A DNA stretch of 64,000 nucleotides. Origin: Magallana gigas. Lineage: Eukaryota. The stretch spans positions 6,200,001-6,264,000 of the forward strand of contig NC_088858.1 of the NCBI RefSeq assembly GCF_963853765.1, written 5' to 3'. Shown in pieces: positions 36,044 to 49,087 of the stretch. How positions within the stretch are numbered: the first letter of the stretch is position 1; each line of letters begins with the position of its first letter. Under the pieces are notes generated by a model. It saw only the letters and a list, made by a program, of their open reading frames with translations, did not search any database and was not told the DNA's origin. The position numbers and the translations under genes were made by a program.

Positions 36044-37576
36044 ATGGGATCAGGGGGAAGTAAAAAGTCGAAACCACCCCCGCCAAAGACGGTGCCCGGG
36101 GTGCCCCCTCAACCCCCTTATTTGGGCCAGCCATGTGAATACCGCTTCGAAAACTACATGATACCATATGTGGTTCAGAGCGATTTTGGGTTCATGCCCA
36201 CCCAGGGCATGACTTTGACTACGCTTGACGTTAGCGTATATACCGGCGCTCTCGGCTCGCTGTATGACATGGGCTTCCGTCTGTTGACGTTCTCTGTGAT
36301 CCCTGCGTCATTGACGGTAAGCGGCTTCGTCACCGCTAACGTCCAACAGACGCACAAATACCAAGGGATTTGCCGGAAATTACCGGACGACGAACTGCCC
36401 CAGCAGTGGTCGCTTAAGGTCCTGAAATCCGTGCTACCATCTACGGTGTTTACATACGGACTCTTTCGCCTCGGCGATTCTAATTCTACTGCTGACACCA
36501 ACCACATATTTCAGACTATAGTCAATGAGGCATCTAACGGTGCCAGGCTTGTCTGTGTAACGATCACGGGTTTTAACTCTCAGAATGTGAGCCAGCCAGG
36601 GGCCACAAGTGCAGCGGCAGGAGCTTTTGGCGGAAACGCTGCCATGAATGTCTGCTTTTTTGGACAGAGTCCACAAATGAGTAAGTTAATTTCTCCCCTT
36701 ATTATCATGATTAGAACATACTGTATTTGCTTTTCGGTTTTTTTATTTGGGGGGGGGGGGGTGAAACACATATTGATCTTTCAAGAATGAATATTTGGTG
36801 TTTCTTGTTCAAGGGGACGTAAACCCCTGGCAGTTTCTTGAATCATGCCTTGTATGTAGATAAAGCTTAAATATACATTTCTTTTACATAAAAAAATGAA
36901 ACTCTGACACGTATAAATTTGTGCGTTTATGTAAATGTAAACGGTATTATTTTTTATTTTAGTCCTCGGAGTGGACATTTTTATGGAGATTCCAAGAAAC
37001 CCGACGCCCACCCGATACGTTTATCAGTGCGTGACCATCCCGATGAAGATCACGTGGCTCATGGCTATGGCGATGGGTGGAAAATGGCAGGTAGAGATGG
37101 ACTGGGTCGGAGTGACGTCACAATACTTGGGCTCAGGATGGAGGCTAGTAGACACGTTCATGGACCAGAACAATTCCGCTTTCAGAGATAATGCTTTCTT
37201 TACTTCCAAAATGACCATCAATCAGAACTGTATTTTCATCTTTGAGAAAGAGCAATCCAAACTGAATGACAATACTCCTCAATACGAGGCTACGATGGTG
37301 GAGTACAACGCCCCCGGTAAAATGACGGGCGGAATAGGAACCACCACCGCCACGACTAGCCCGGCATGGGAACCCGTTCTGGCACACCTTGGCACCTTTG
37401 GGTGGGAGCTGGTGAAAATCTTGGACACGCCTGCTATGAAATTTGACGGCATTGGGGGTTTTGGGTCACTCACATTCAAGAAGGTGATGTGGATGTTTCT
37501 CCAGAGGAAGATTGTGACGTCAGCACCACCGGCTGAAGAGAAATCTCCACCCGCGCCAGCCGTGCCGAGTTCTTGA
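36044..37576 (+). CDS. Raftlin-like (RFTN1/RFTN2 family) N-myristoylated protein, 2 coding exons, ~416 aa
   Basis: Exons 36044-36680 (donor ATGA|gtaagt) and 36963-37576, phase 1. N-terminus MGSGGSKK. Collinear matches to human raftlin as I recall it: EYRF, LYDMGFRL, EASNGARLV, VDIF...YQCVTIP, IFIFE, YEATMVE, LGTFGWEL...TP, MFLQR. Confidence 0.8.
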
Positions 37577-40500
37577 ACAGCATTTCACGTTCTGTTGAAC
37601 AACTAGACTGTGATATTCTATCTATATTCTTTTGTTGCAATCTATCGATTTACATTTCAGGGTTGATAATTAAATTCATGACGTATTGTTGTTGCCGTGG
37701 TTGAATGGTTAAGAATTGTGGTTTTTATTGATGGACCTTCAAGTTCGTTTTATGTTGTTACAAATGTGGTTTTCATATACATGTACATTTATGCTGTCGT
37801 TCAAATTGGTATTGTCAATTAAATAGGTGGACTACTTGACATAATTTTTAATCTGAAACGCATTTCACACTGTCGCGACATTGAAAACATTTCTTTTTAC
37901 ATGTATACATGTATATAAATTTTCAGTTCTGCAATTTAATTGTCAAACAGTGCGATGCGATTGTTTGAGCATGCACAAAACCCCAACCTTATTACGTTTC
38001 GAATGTTCGTAAGTCTTACAAAGTTGTTCTCAAGAAAGTTAAATCATTTAATATTTATTCGTTTGATGAGATATCGGCGCTTTTGATTGGTTGAAAAATT
38101 TCTTTGATACCTGCATCAATAAAATTTTTGCCGGATCTACTTTTCTAAACTGTTCTGATCTAACACTATTTATAGAACGGGAATTTCCAAGATAAACACT
38201 GTCAACAAAATGTAAAGTTGTGTCTGTTTTATTGTCAGCAAACAAAATGCAACCTTGTGAATACAAAAACTTGAAAGTTTAACCTTCAGAAATAAATAAA
38301 ACACATTATTTGATTCACGAAATAGAAAATTAAGCGTCTTCTCACGATTTCGTCTGCTTGAGATCAATCAACATTTACAGCGAGGCTGGCTGTTCCTTTT
38401 CCAGGAATATTATTATAACGAACATATAGGCCTATAAACTTTCACGGTAACACTGCTGTTCAAATTTGGTAACTATATTTTTTTTAATTTACACACGTAC
38501 ATGATCGGTCATCAGAATAAGCGTCGTAAAGAAAAGCTATGAGTAATGCATCAACTCCTTCGGCGCATTCCAAGCGGCAGATATACCATTTAAGTACATC
38601 ACTGGCTAGCTAGTTACCACAACGTTTACAAAAGTCGCTTATACATACTATTCTTTGTCGACATATCAACTATTTTCGTCCACGATCGCCTCTCCTTGGA
38701 TGGTTATGTCCAGTTGCATATTCCAGCGATCTCACATGCTAACTAGTTTTATTACGAATTTTTCAGCACAGTGAATAATATCACAAGCTATCGCATGTAT
38801 TTTCCTTTTGTTTTCAATTCAGCCGGTTCAGATTTTAACTCACTATTTGTGTTTAATCCATTAATTCAACTAAGTAGCTCTACATCAGCTGAAGGTGCAT
38901 CCATTTTGAATATTGTTGCTGTTGTTGTTTTGTATTCATACGCGCCGCTTCATTTACATTATTTACATTTTTGATCAATGACACTTAACATTTTTTTATT
39001 TGAAATGTTTTATTAAATGATAAGAAATGAAGATAATAATTTTTCTATTGATCGACGTATCAAAGAAAAAATTGACTGGAAAACTTTTTCATCAATGTGC
39101 TACGCGCATTGATGAAGTTTTCCGGTCAATTTTTTCTTTGATACGTCGATCAATAGAAAAATTATTATCTTCATTTCTTAAATCTTACTGTGCTTGTACT
39201 CATTTCAATTATATATTCGGTGTTTTTATAGCTTTGTTCGTAGTATTCATGAATTAAGAAGCGACAAAAGAGATACTGCCGGGTTTCTACAAATCAATGC
39301 AAGCTTACTATACTTAATAGTATACGATTTATGCAAATTTGCTTCACATAACGACATTGGTTGTCGGCTGATGGCGAAAGTTACAAACATTGTAAGTCTG
39401 AGCAAAACGCCTCATTATATCATGACGTCCAAAAATGCCGTGTAGTTACAATTAATCAAAACAGAACATGTTACCGAAAAGGGAAGGGGACCTAGTATTC
39501 ATTTCAAAAAAGTTTGACTGTCCATGACATTTTTGCCTTTATCGTGGATTTCGTTATTTCAATTTTTTACTATGCTTTCATCTATATTCGAGGGCACTAA
39601 TTTTCGTGTATTTTGTAAAACACGGTTTGAAGACACGTAGATTGTTGGACGGCTCCCCCTATACAAATTATTGTCACGTTTCTTTTGGTTACCGGTACAT
39701 AGACCTTCCCAACAACAAATTCCTCGAGAGTTGCAAAGGCACTCCCCATCTTTATTTGTTGAACAAAACAAACAAAAATAAATAAGGTATGTATTAATTT
39801 TTTAAACAAATTAAGATCGAAGAAGAAATGGAAGAAATCCGCTTGATTAAATATCGTGTTCATTTTTCATAAAGAACTCGGTGTAAATTATAGAAGAATC
39901 GAATACGATCGTGCAGTTTCTAAGATTCGTTGTGAAGTTAAAACAATTTGAGTGTCCATATGACATGGCTTTGAACAATGCCCTATATATATCCCCTGTT
40001 GCTGTAACCGCACATAGAGGAGTGCGTAATCCCAAATGAGACGAGGTGAATACGTGACACTCCAATACATTAATAATCTATCATAACTCTGATTTATTCA
40101 TTCATATAACATAACATAACAACAGTCGGGTCTTGCTGGATTAGAGTTCAAAGCAGATACTTTTAGTTCTTTATTCTAAAAAAACCCCGGAGATTTTTCA
40201 AATTAAACACAACTATTTTAATTTAATACTAAATATTCGGACATTTTTGTTAACTGTTGAAAACAAAGTACATGGCAAGTTATAAATTAAACAAATAACA
40301 CTATAGTCCCTAAGCAGCCACTTCAAACGTGACATAATGCACACGTGACTAGTTGACGAAATAATATAAATGAAAAAAATAATTTATATATATTGCATAG
40401 ACAGAAACTAGAAACCTTGCATATTAATGTACATACATGTACATCTGTGTGCATATATTGCAAAACCTAACACATCCTACGGGAACAAACTTTATAATGC

Positions 40501-40625
40501 ACCTTTTAAAATTGAAAAGACAAAACCATAGTTTGCATCATATACTGAACAAAAGCACAAATATTTACAATAATATTGTCAATATTATATATTGATATTA
40601 TCTGTTATTTAGCGCGCATGAAATT

Positions 40626-41837
40626 CTAATGACCAGTTTGACTGTCTGGATGAACAGGTTTGTTTTTACGTCTCCAAATCAAATATTTTACTTCGTGTCG
40701 GAACTTGACGTCAAAAAATCCATATATGAAAGGATTGACAACGTGGTTCAGAATGTACAGTCGATACAAAAATAATAATCCTACAATGGCAGAGTCTGAT
40801 TTAAGCCAAAACGTCTGTACGAAAATCGACTCGAGCAACATGATGACAATGCGAGGCAAGTAAGCAATTACAAACACAACTGTAATCGTCATAAACATGT
40901 ACGAATATTTGTAATGCTGAAAGTGGTTCTTCATGGCTGGAATATTGGCCCTCACGAGCTCATGCGACCTCCTTTTAATGTGTTTTGGTAGTTCTTTCTC
41001 AGGGGGTTTCAAAAAGTTACTACTCACTCGCGTGCGTTCGATTGGTTGTTCTTGGTATCCGTGATCTCCATTTTTATCGTTAGTAGCACAATTTTCAAGG
41101 TTCTTACTCCGTCTGATGTCAGACACAGTGGAGACCGAGAGTTCGGGTCGAGGTACAACGTTCACACGTCTTAGAGACTTTCTGTAGGTCATGACTTTAC
41201 TGTAAATAGACCTACCAATAAAGGTGTAACAGATTGTGATAATTACTATTCCCGTCACAGCATAAATAAATAAGAAAACATTATATCCAAAAAGAGCGCC
41301 CGCAGAGCCCTTGTTGCCACACCGATATCCCACCAGAGAAGTGTTTTCCACACTGTATCGGTCGCTAGTTACTTTAATTTCTCCGTAAAAGAAAATCGTT
41401 GGAATGGATAAAACTGCTGCGACCGCAACTGTTCCTAGCACGACCAGTCTCTTTACCTTGAGCGACCACTTTCCGATGAAAGGGCGGCAAACTTTCAAAT
41501 AGCGATGAACTGCTATAACTAAAAGCAGAGTTCCTCCTGAAATAGTTGTCGTCTGGCTGAAATACCACAGGGCACGACAAAGAATATCACCAGGAAACCT
41601 CACGGGCAACAGGTTCAGGGCGAGGGCATACGACGATCCAACAACGCACGCACATGCGTCAATTCCCGCGAGGGACGGGATAAAATAACGGTCATCGCTG
41701 TTCTTTGACATACGGACCAAGTAAATGAATAGAACGAGACCATTTCCGAAAACCCCTAAAACAAGATAAAGTCCCAACACAATGTTGTTCCCGATGAGAA
41801 AGTCTGATAACTCCGAGTTCCACGCCTCAATATTCAT
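40626..41837 (-). CDS. Intronless class A (rhodopsin-like) orphan GPCR, ~403 aa
   Basis: Seven hydrophobic segments with GN (TM1), LAxxD (TM2), Cys at the top of TM3, HRY at the DRY position, an ECL2 Cys, YLP (TM6), NPFIY (TM7) and an FRxE helix 8. The first ATG is at 41837; the ORF track starts one codon earlier at GTG. Confidence 0.92.
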   Translation of the reverse strand: MNIEAWNSELSDFLIGNNIVLGLYLVLGVFGNGLVLFIYLVRMSKNSDDRYFIPSLAGIDACACVVGSSYALALNLLPVRFPGDILCRALWYFSQTTTISGGTLLLVIAVHRYLKVCRPFIGKWSLKVKRLVVLGTVAVAAVLSIPTIFFYGEIKVTSDRYSVENTSLVGYRCGNKGSAGALFGYNVFLFIYAVTGIVIITICYTFIGRSIYSKVMTYRKSLRRVNVVPRPELSVSTVSDIRRSKNLENCATNDKNGDHGYQEQPIERTRVSSNFLKPPEKELPKHIKRRSHELVRANIPAMKNHFQHYKYSYMFMTITVVFVIAYLPRIVIMLLESIFVQTFWLKSDSAIVGLLFLYRLYILNHVVNPFIYGFFDVKFRHEVKYLIWRRKNKPVHPDSQTGH

Positions 41838-42519
41838 CACTATATGTTCTTATTTATTTTTTGTTGGTTGTCACTTGTGTGTCCTTGTGAAGAGGTCCCT
41901 GTACTAAGAATTAAGAGGGATCAGAGAGTATATATATGCGTGTGTTTACGATACAGTCCGACTGCTTCCTGTGTTGATGTACAAGGGTTTTTCAGGAGTT
42001 CGAATTTAACAACGAGTTCTTACAAAGTGTGTCAGTCTTGTATAGTGCATGTCCGGTTGCACTTCATATATTTAAGCCCTCTTGCCTTTCGGATTGTAAC
42101 GTAACAGCGGAAATTCCCGACTGGTCGCAACTTTGTTGAAACAGAGCATTGGCCGACCTCATCGGCTTACGTCAGAGGTTGCTGATACATTCTCAGTGAA
42201 TGCATTTCTTACACTTAAGTTCTCACGTTACACGGTTCAGCTGGACTTACACTAGCTATTGAGTCCATCTCCTACAATGATCAGAATCTGATGGTGGTTA
42301 AAGTGCAAAAATTCCATTCACGATGGATGTTCTAGTTTCCGTGCAATATGCGAAAAGTAATGCGGTAGATGAACTTACGATATCCTATTTTGGTCCTTGT
42401 GTTGTTCATCTTTCAAGATGCAAATCAATGTTATTCTTCCGTTTTAAGAACACATTTAGGAACACGGCATAATATGCTTTTAAAAAAAATCAGCATTTAT
42501 AAAGTTGCTTCGTTTTTAA

Positions 42520-43031
42520 AGGGACTTAGACACGATTTTAGATCAAATTTTAATTTTTGTTTATGTATCAAATGGTTTACTTGCGGATTTTGAATGATTG
42601 ACCAAAATTTGAATGTTAGAAGAAGTCAAGTTATAAGAGAGATACAGATGTAAAAATTCATTGTTATGTAAACAAAGCTCGAGTCTTATATTTGTTACAA
42701 ATAATGCAAAGTATCGAATTATCATTTCTTTGACAAAATCACTCATGGAAAACAAGATAAACTGATTCAATGTGTTCATAAATAATATTACCAATAGAAG
42801 AAAGCAACATTTTACTGAAACTTATGCCAATATAACACATATGTAAACAATAACGAGGCTTGAGCTTTGTTTATAAAACAAAGAATTTTAAACTCTGTAT
42901 CTTGCTTATAACTCAGAATTTGACTTTCAAATTTTGACAAAGCATTATAAATACCCATATTAACCATTCTAAAGATTAAAAACGGAAAAATAAAATTCAA
43001 AATTTGGAGCTCAAATCGTGTCTAGGTCCCT
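42520..43031. mobile_element. Kolobok-like MITE (~512 bp)
   Basis: TIR AGGGAC(T/C)TAGACACGATTT..., TTAA duplications at 42516-42519 and 43032-43035, purine-purine termini, no ORF. Confidence 0.8.
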
Positions 43032-44189
43032 TTAACTTGAGGACAAACTAACACCAATTGAACTCTTTGGACGAAAAAAGTATCTTCCAGATTCAATCAG
43101 AGATAGATAAGCTTTTTAATGAAACATTACAGGAATTTATTATGTGCTTTAATTTGTAGATCTCTATAAGCTCAGTCAATAAAGATTTTTACGAAACGTA
43201 CATTTCTGCAAATTTTACCTACTTTGATTGCCCTTGAAAAATTACGCACAAAGCTGCATCTGAGAAAAACGGCGAGCACACCAATTTTTGGGGGAAATTG
43301 TTTATGACAATAAGAGGAAATCTTAAAATTAAATAATTTGTTTAAGTTAAAAAATGGTGATGATTTGTAAAATTTCAATAGATAAATATATTAATAGTGG
43401 TTGCTTTTATGTTTTTTTTTAATCTTTAATTAATCGATCAATCAAATAATATTGTGGTTTTTCATACGGTTTTTTCTTTTTTTTCATCAAAATTGTTTCC
43501 TTAAAATTTTCACGGAAAACTCTTAAAAACTCTTGAAACCTTTTGTTGAGCTGAAAGGAGGTATAGTATATGTTGTATGGCGAACAGGGGAAAATGTGAA
43601 TCAAGGGTTTAATAAAATTATAATGAAAAAATTACTAAATTAATAAATAAATAGATTGTTGTAAACATTTTATTTCATTGTTTCAATGAAATATATTTCA
43701 TTATGTTTAGGCTACGTATTGAATAAATAACATTTAACTCTATACAATTATGATTGATCTCAAGACATACTTAATAATCCACTGGGGTGACTATTGTATG
43801 TAGTTGTCATACAATAACGAGAGCTTCAATTATCACAATACAAATTGTGACTTGGTTACATTACTTATAAACATGTGAACAAGTGATTATTTTTATAGAC
43901 AGACAGATTAAGAGAGAGTTAAATAAGAGGTTGACTATGTTTCATCATGTCCTTTGATGTGGTTATAAAATATGGTATTTCAAAACAAATAGCTCACTAT
44001 CGTTTTAGACCCATTTCATACATATTAATAAGAGAAAAGCTGTCAATGTGACAGCAAACCAGGTTTCCTTTTGTGTGAAAAGTATCCATAACTTATTTGT
44101 CAACCCTGAATTGATGATCATTACCAATCTCGAGAAGTACTGAGACCCCTATGTGCAATAATTTTGTCAATTTTTTTTCCCCATAAATT

Positions 44190-44475
44190 ATTAGAAATCA
44201 AAATCCTAGCAATATGCACACCTCTGATATCTGTACAATTGATCTGCAAAAGAACAACTTCCTATCTTGTATACTGTAGGAGGAGTTATCCGTACAATAG
44301 GGGTACCCTATATACAATATTTTGCCAAAAAATGACTAGGTAAGTTCAACAGCTAGTATTTTTTTTAAATTTTCAGAAATCAAAATCCTAGCAATAGGCA
44401 CCTCTAATACATGTACAATTGATCTGCAAAAGAACAACTTCCTATCTTAAAAACTGCAGGAGTTATTCGTAATAT
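44190..44475. repeat. Two copies of a ~182-bp unit (satellite-like core, probably of a non-autonomous element)
   Basis: AGAAATCAAAATCCTAGCAATA...TGTACAATTGATCTGCAAAAGAACAACTTCCTATCTT starts at 44193 and again at 44375. Confidence 0.8.
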
Positions 44476-44812
44476 AAGCCATTTTCCCCATTTCAATAAC
44501 TGGATTTTTCCTTTGGAAAACCCCGTTAAAAATGACAATCCCTGAACGTTTTCAAAGTATAACCACAATTTTTCCTATTAAAGTTAAGCTAAGGATAAAT
44601 AAAGCAAAGATATACAGTATACCCTATGCATCATCAAAGCCATATATGATATAGTACATGAACTGTTTATATAAAAAATTGTGTTTCGTAAATAAAGAAA
44701 AGACAGTTTCTGAATTTCTTATTCTTTATATAGACATATGTAAAAAGCATGACAATAAAATGACTGTTTGATGTAAGAATATTATCACATATTAATCTAA
44801 TATAAAAGACAG

Positions 44813-47800
44813 TCAAGTTCCCCACAGCCAGCTATAAAGTAAATACATCATTCCAACCAAACACACAGACATTAGCATTGTTTTCCTGTTCTCTTTTCGA
44901 AGTTCCTTCAAGTTACTCTCTGCAATAAGAAAGATAGAATTTCATTGATTCATTGGTCTTTTTACTATATTTACAGGCATATAGTTTTAAATTGTACAAC
45001 AGGCAATTACCATATGCTGTAAGCTTCTTTTTAATCTGTTTTTCCTCTTCATGTAAACTCTGTCTGAAATTTTCAATAAATTGTGTCAGCATCAATAATT
45101 TTATACTGTGGCTTATGTAATTATCTCATGTATGACTTGTACCAATACAAATTTTTAATTTACTGTACCGGATTTAGTTTAATGATCATTTTTTGAATGA
45201 GGCAAATTAATTGTAATTAATGTATTACAAAGAACTGAATGGATAATAGTTATTCAATTATGAGTAAACACTTAGAAAAACACTTATTCAAGGTCTTCAA
45301 GGTTATTGTTCAGTTATTGCTGGTTCAGTCAAAAAACTTGTAGCATTTCCCTGAGTCAAAGCGCATAAAAATTTATTTTAAAAAATCCATACATTGAAAA
45401 ACAAAAAGATTACTTACAATTTTTAATTATCAAAATAAAATTTTTTACATGTATTTAAAATAAAAATAGAAAATGACAAGGATGATATTCCAGAGATGTC
45501 TTCTAGCTGTGACATCCCTACCAATTGCCTGTATATTGCTGATGTAGTTTTTTTTATAGTGGGACAAACATTCAACTATTTTCAGAGTTCCTGTGCTGAT
45601 CAAGCCATGTAACTGATCGTGTTGGAAATATTTGTTGTGAATGGTGATGTCGTGGTGTATGCACCACTCTATAGATTCCATATTTCATGCATTAGTACTA
45701 AATTCTGCAAACATGCTGTTTTGTATCAAATCATGGGAACATCAAATTGCTAGTGGTGAACTACCAGTATTTCCATAAAATTCTTTATAAAAGATTTTTT
45801 TTTATGTAGGGGAAATTTTCAATTGCATAATGGGATGGGGGGGATAGAGATTGTTTCATACCAGTACAATGTATTTTAAAACTATACTTTCGATTTTACT
45901 ATTACATTAGCAATTAGCAGTTGGCTTCAGTCACCATGACCTTCCATTAGAATATCTAGCTGCTGTTAATAAGGATGTATGCAAATGAGAGAAAGAGAAA
46001 GAAGAATTTAAGTTTGAGTTCAATAAGATATCCATCTAGTTCAGGCATTTTCATATACCACTTCCCTGTATGGGATGTGTTTAGATCAAAATATTGGAAT
46101 GTTAAGGATCTAAGCCTAATTGTTAAAGATAGAAAGAGAACCTTAAGAACAACAATATGCTTTGTAGTAAGTAATCTGTGACCAGAGAGAGAGGCTGACA
46201 TCCTAAAGTCAATAATAAGACAATGAGGATAGACATCGTAAATCCATTACACTGTTTAATACATGTATTAAAATTGTGTTGAGGTTAATGTTTTTATGGA
46301 TTTTTTGAATTTATCATGGCAAAAACAAATGTTGGATGTTTGAGCTTTTCAAAACTTATACATGTATCAACAAATGAAAATTAAGAACTATGCCAGAACA
46401 TTGACATAAGACGTGATTTTGAGCCAAATCAGTATATTAAATACATGTACATGTACCGGTATATATTATATACAGTAAAAATTTGTACTTGTCTTACCGC
46501 TCAGCCTCTTGAAGCTCTTTTAGTCGGAGGGTATCATCAATGACTTGTAATCGGGAATCACAGTCTCTGATTTTTGTCTCTAAATCTTCAATCTGTGTCA
46601 ATTATAAAACGCTGTATGAGTCAGGTGTTAAATCGATCACAGTCAATCTTTATCATGAGTCTAAAAGTATATAAAGAAGTCTAAACAATATAATGTAATT
46701 CAATTTTGTAAACCAAGTTTTAAATGCTATATTTTATATTTTGGATATTTATTTCATATTCATAATTATATATACTGTAATTGAAACCAATTACTACTAT
46801 GACATTTTCTGTACCCACTGGAGTGTGAAAGAGTCATGTTTATAATGTTTTGCTGTTTCATGACTCCAAAAATAAATGGCCAATGTCACAGAAATAAATA
46901 CTTTATTTCAGGTTTTCCCAATGACAATGCATTTATGTATAATTTACTGGTACTCGTAAAACGTTTGTTTCTAAAATAGAAAAACAATAGAGATTGAATG
47001 AGCTACAATGACAACACCTTCTACAATTGTTTTATTCTGACAAAAACAAAACACCCCCTTCCCCCAAATAAAATTTGGTAAGGACGTTATTGAGGGCATT
47101 GTAATCCCGCTCTCCATGTCACCAGTGTGACTTTCTGAAAAATAATTTAATATTTCTCTCTAAAACTGATGAATTTGCTTCCCCAGTGTTTTCAAGGTTT
47201 TTGATAAATAAATCGTGTTGTTGATAATTCTATTAAATTATTTGATATATATAAATTTCATTTTATTAAGTTTGGATAAATATAAAAGATTATGTAATAG
47301 GTTGAATTGATGTTCACAACATTAACTTGACGTAAAAAACAAGATTTCCTCTTGTCAATAGGAAAACAAGCAGTGACAGCACCAGATTAAGGACACTTAG
47401 CTCACACTGTAAGATCAAGTGTGATCTGATGACCCAGCCTAGTAAGTATCAATTAACTCCATGTGACCCGGCTCTGTAGATCATAAGATGCTAATGCAGT
47501 ATTCATAACAACAAGGGCAGTTATACACCTCACTTGTACATGTTTAGAAGAAATTCAACTTGCACATTATTAAGAAATTTAGTATTTTTTCCAAATAAAA
47601 TATACAGTCAACCTGCAATGGTCACATTCTCAATATATCATATGTACACACACTCTGGTATACAATACATTTAATATATTTACATCCCTTTAATATTTTC
47701 TTAACTATTGATCCAAAGGTAGAGGTAAATATAAACTTTGGTGCTACATTTGGGCTATGAAGGAAGCTAGCACTGCAGAAAAAATACATAACCTGTTTAT

Positions 47801-48657
47801 GCAGAGGTTTGGGGGGTTAGCGTAGTACACCTTTAACTTAAATTTTCCTCTTCATTTTCACTTCAATTTTACGCTTGGTCTCAAAAAGTTGGGGGGGGGG
47901 GGGGGGGAACTCCTTGGTAATTCACTTTTATATATGTAAATTTAAGAAAAATCTTTACTGTGACAAAAAGTGGGTCCCCCCCTGGCCCTCCCTGATGCTA
48001 CGTGCCTGATACATATCAAGGTTCTCATGGTGTTAACTACAGTCTACATAGAAGTCTAATTAAAGTCAACCCGGTCAAGTTTGTGGAGTTTTCAATTATA
48101 GCTACTTGACTTAAAGTTGACATTTTAGTTCTAAACAATGCATCTAATAAAGTTTTTGAAAATTAGAAGAATGAGTATATTCTTACGTCGACAACTGTAT
48201 ATTCTGTCCCAAGATATCCCAAGATATCCTTGATTCACACTTTGCTTAATTACTCGATAATTGTAAATACCTCAGGGTGCAAAGTATGAAAAAATTAAAA
48301 GATTTCTCCTTTGAAACGCCCTCTCTAGATTATCAGGTTTCAATACAAAGCTGGAAAATGTGATGTTGTATTGCAACAGACCCGGATGATAACGATGAAA
48401 AATTGTAAATTGAGAAATATATTATAAATCTCTATAAGAAATGTATTTTCGTTCCTCTGAATTTTAATGAGTGAAAATAATAAAGTATGAATGAAATTAT
48501 CTTGAATATTTTTCCTTTCATCTATTTCAATTGCACTTCTTTCATGGGTATGTGTATTTTTGTTAAAAATAGTCCAAATATGCTGCATAAATATCTTAAG
48601 ACAGACTATTGGTCATACTTTGGATTGTGTAGATTTCTGTGTAGTCCGCGCGTGCAT
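44813..48657 (-). CDS. CCDC167: Coiled-coil domain-containing protein 167 (tail-anchored), ~97 aa
   Basis: Exons 46498-46592, 45011-45063 and 44813-44919 give IEDLETKIRDCDSRL...ERQSLHEEEKQIKKKLTAYESNLKELRKENRKTMLMSVCLVGMMYLLYSWLWGT*, matching the LRxENRKxMLxSV plus TM signature. The first exon is only tentative (48619-48657, MHARTTQKSTQSK|gtatga). It is phase-compatible and gives 97 aa. Confidence 0.85.
48300..48560 (-). repeat. Dispersed repeat copy (inverted relative to 27135-27420)
   Basis: Reverse-complement similarity to 27135-27420, with an internal deletion. Confidence 0.7.
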
Positions 48658-48883
48658 GTATGAATAACAATAAATTTTCATGTGAAATAGTGGGAAAAAC
48701 ATTGATGAACATATTTATTGCTATTAATAAAAGACCGTATCACAATTTACAAGCATCATCTTATGAGGTACTTCACTACACAGAGACCAATAATTTTTAA
48801 GACACTAATTCACAAGATGGCGATTTAAATGGTTTAAAAATTTGTTAAATTGTTTGTACCAATCGATTTTGCTGAATATTGTT

Positions 48884-48960
48884 ATAGTTCAGTGGTTTAA
48901 CTATCAGGCTTGTAAACACAAGATCCTGAGTTTAAATCCACCTGGTGAGTTTGTTCACAT
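48884..48960 (+). mobile_element. Degenerate tRNA-derived (SINE-like) segment
   Basis: TAGTTCAGTGGTT (A-box-like) followed by GAGTTTAAATCC (B-box-like) at tRNA-like spacing. Stems degraded. Confidence 0.4.
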
Positions 48961-49004
48961 TTACAGAATCAATTTTTTAAAATCATAATAATCATAATCA
49001 TAAA

Positions 49005-49087
49005 CCCGGGCCCCCTGAATCTCTAGACAGGTGCTCTACCAACTGAGCTATCTGGCGCCGGTATTCAAACCGGTCTGACCGTCACAC
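49005..49087 (-). mobile_element. tRNA-derived SINE 5' fragment
   Basis: Minus strand reads TGTGACGGTCAGACCGGTTTGAATACCGGCGCCAGATAGCTCAGTTGGTAGAGCACCTGTCTAGAGATTCAGGGGGCCCGGG: a clear A box and D arm, truncated at the B box. Confidence 0.65.

Noticed and set aside
45445-46201. ORFs of 78, 81 and 68 aa
   Set aside because: They lie within CCDC167 intron 2, with no coherent splice phases or recognisable motifs.
47362-47441. Exon-like plus-strand segment (tag|GAAAACA...CCTA|gtaagt)
   Set aside because: No partner exons, start or stop could be linked to it.
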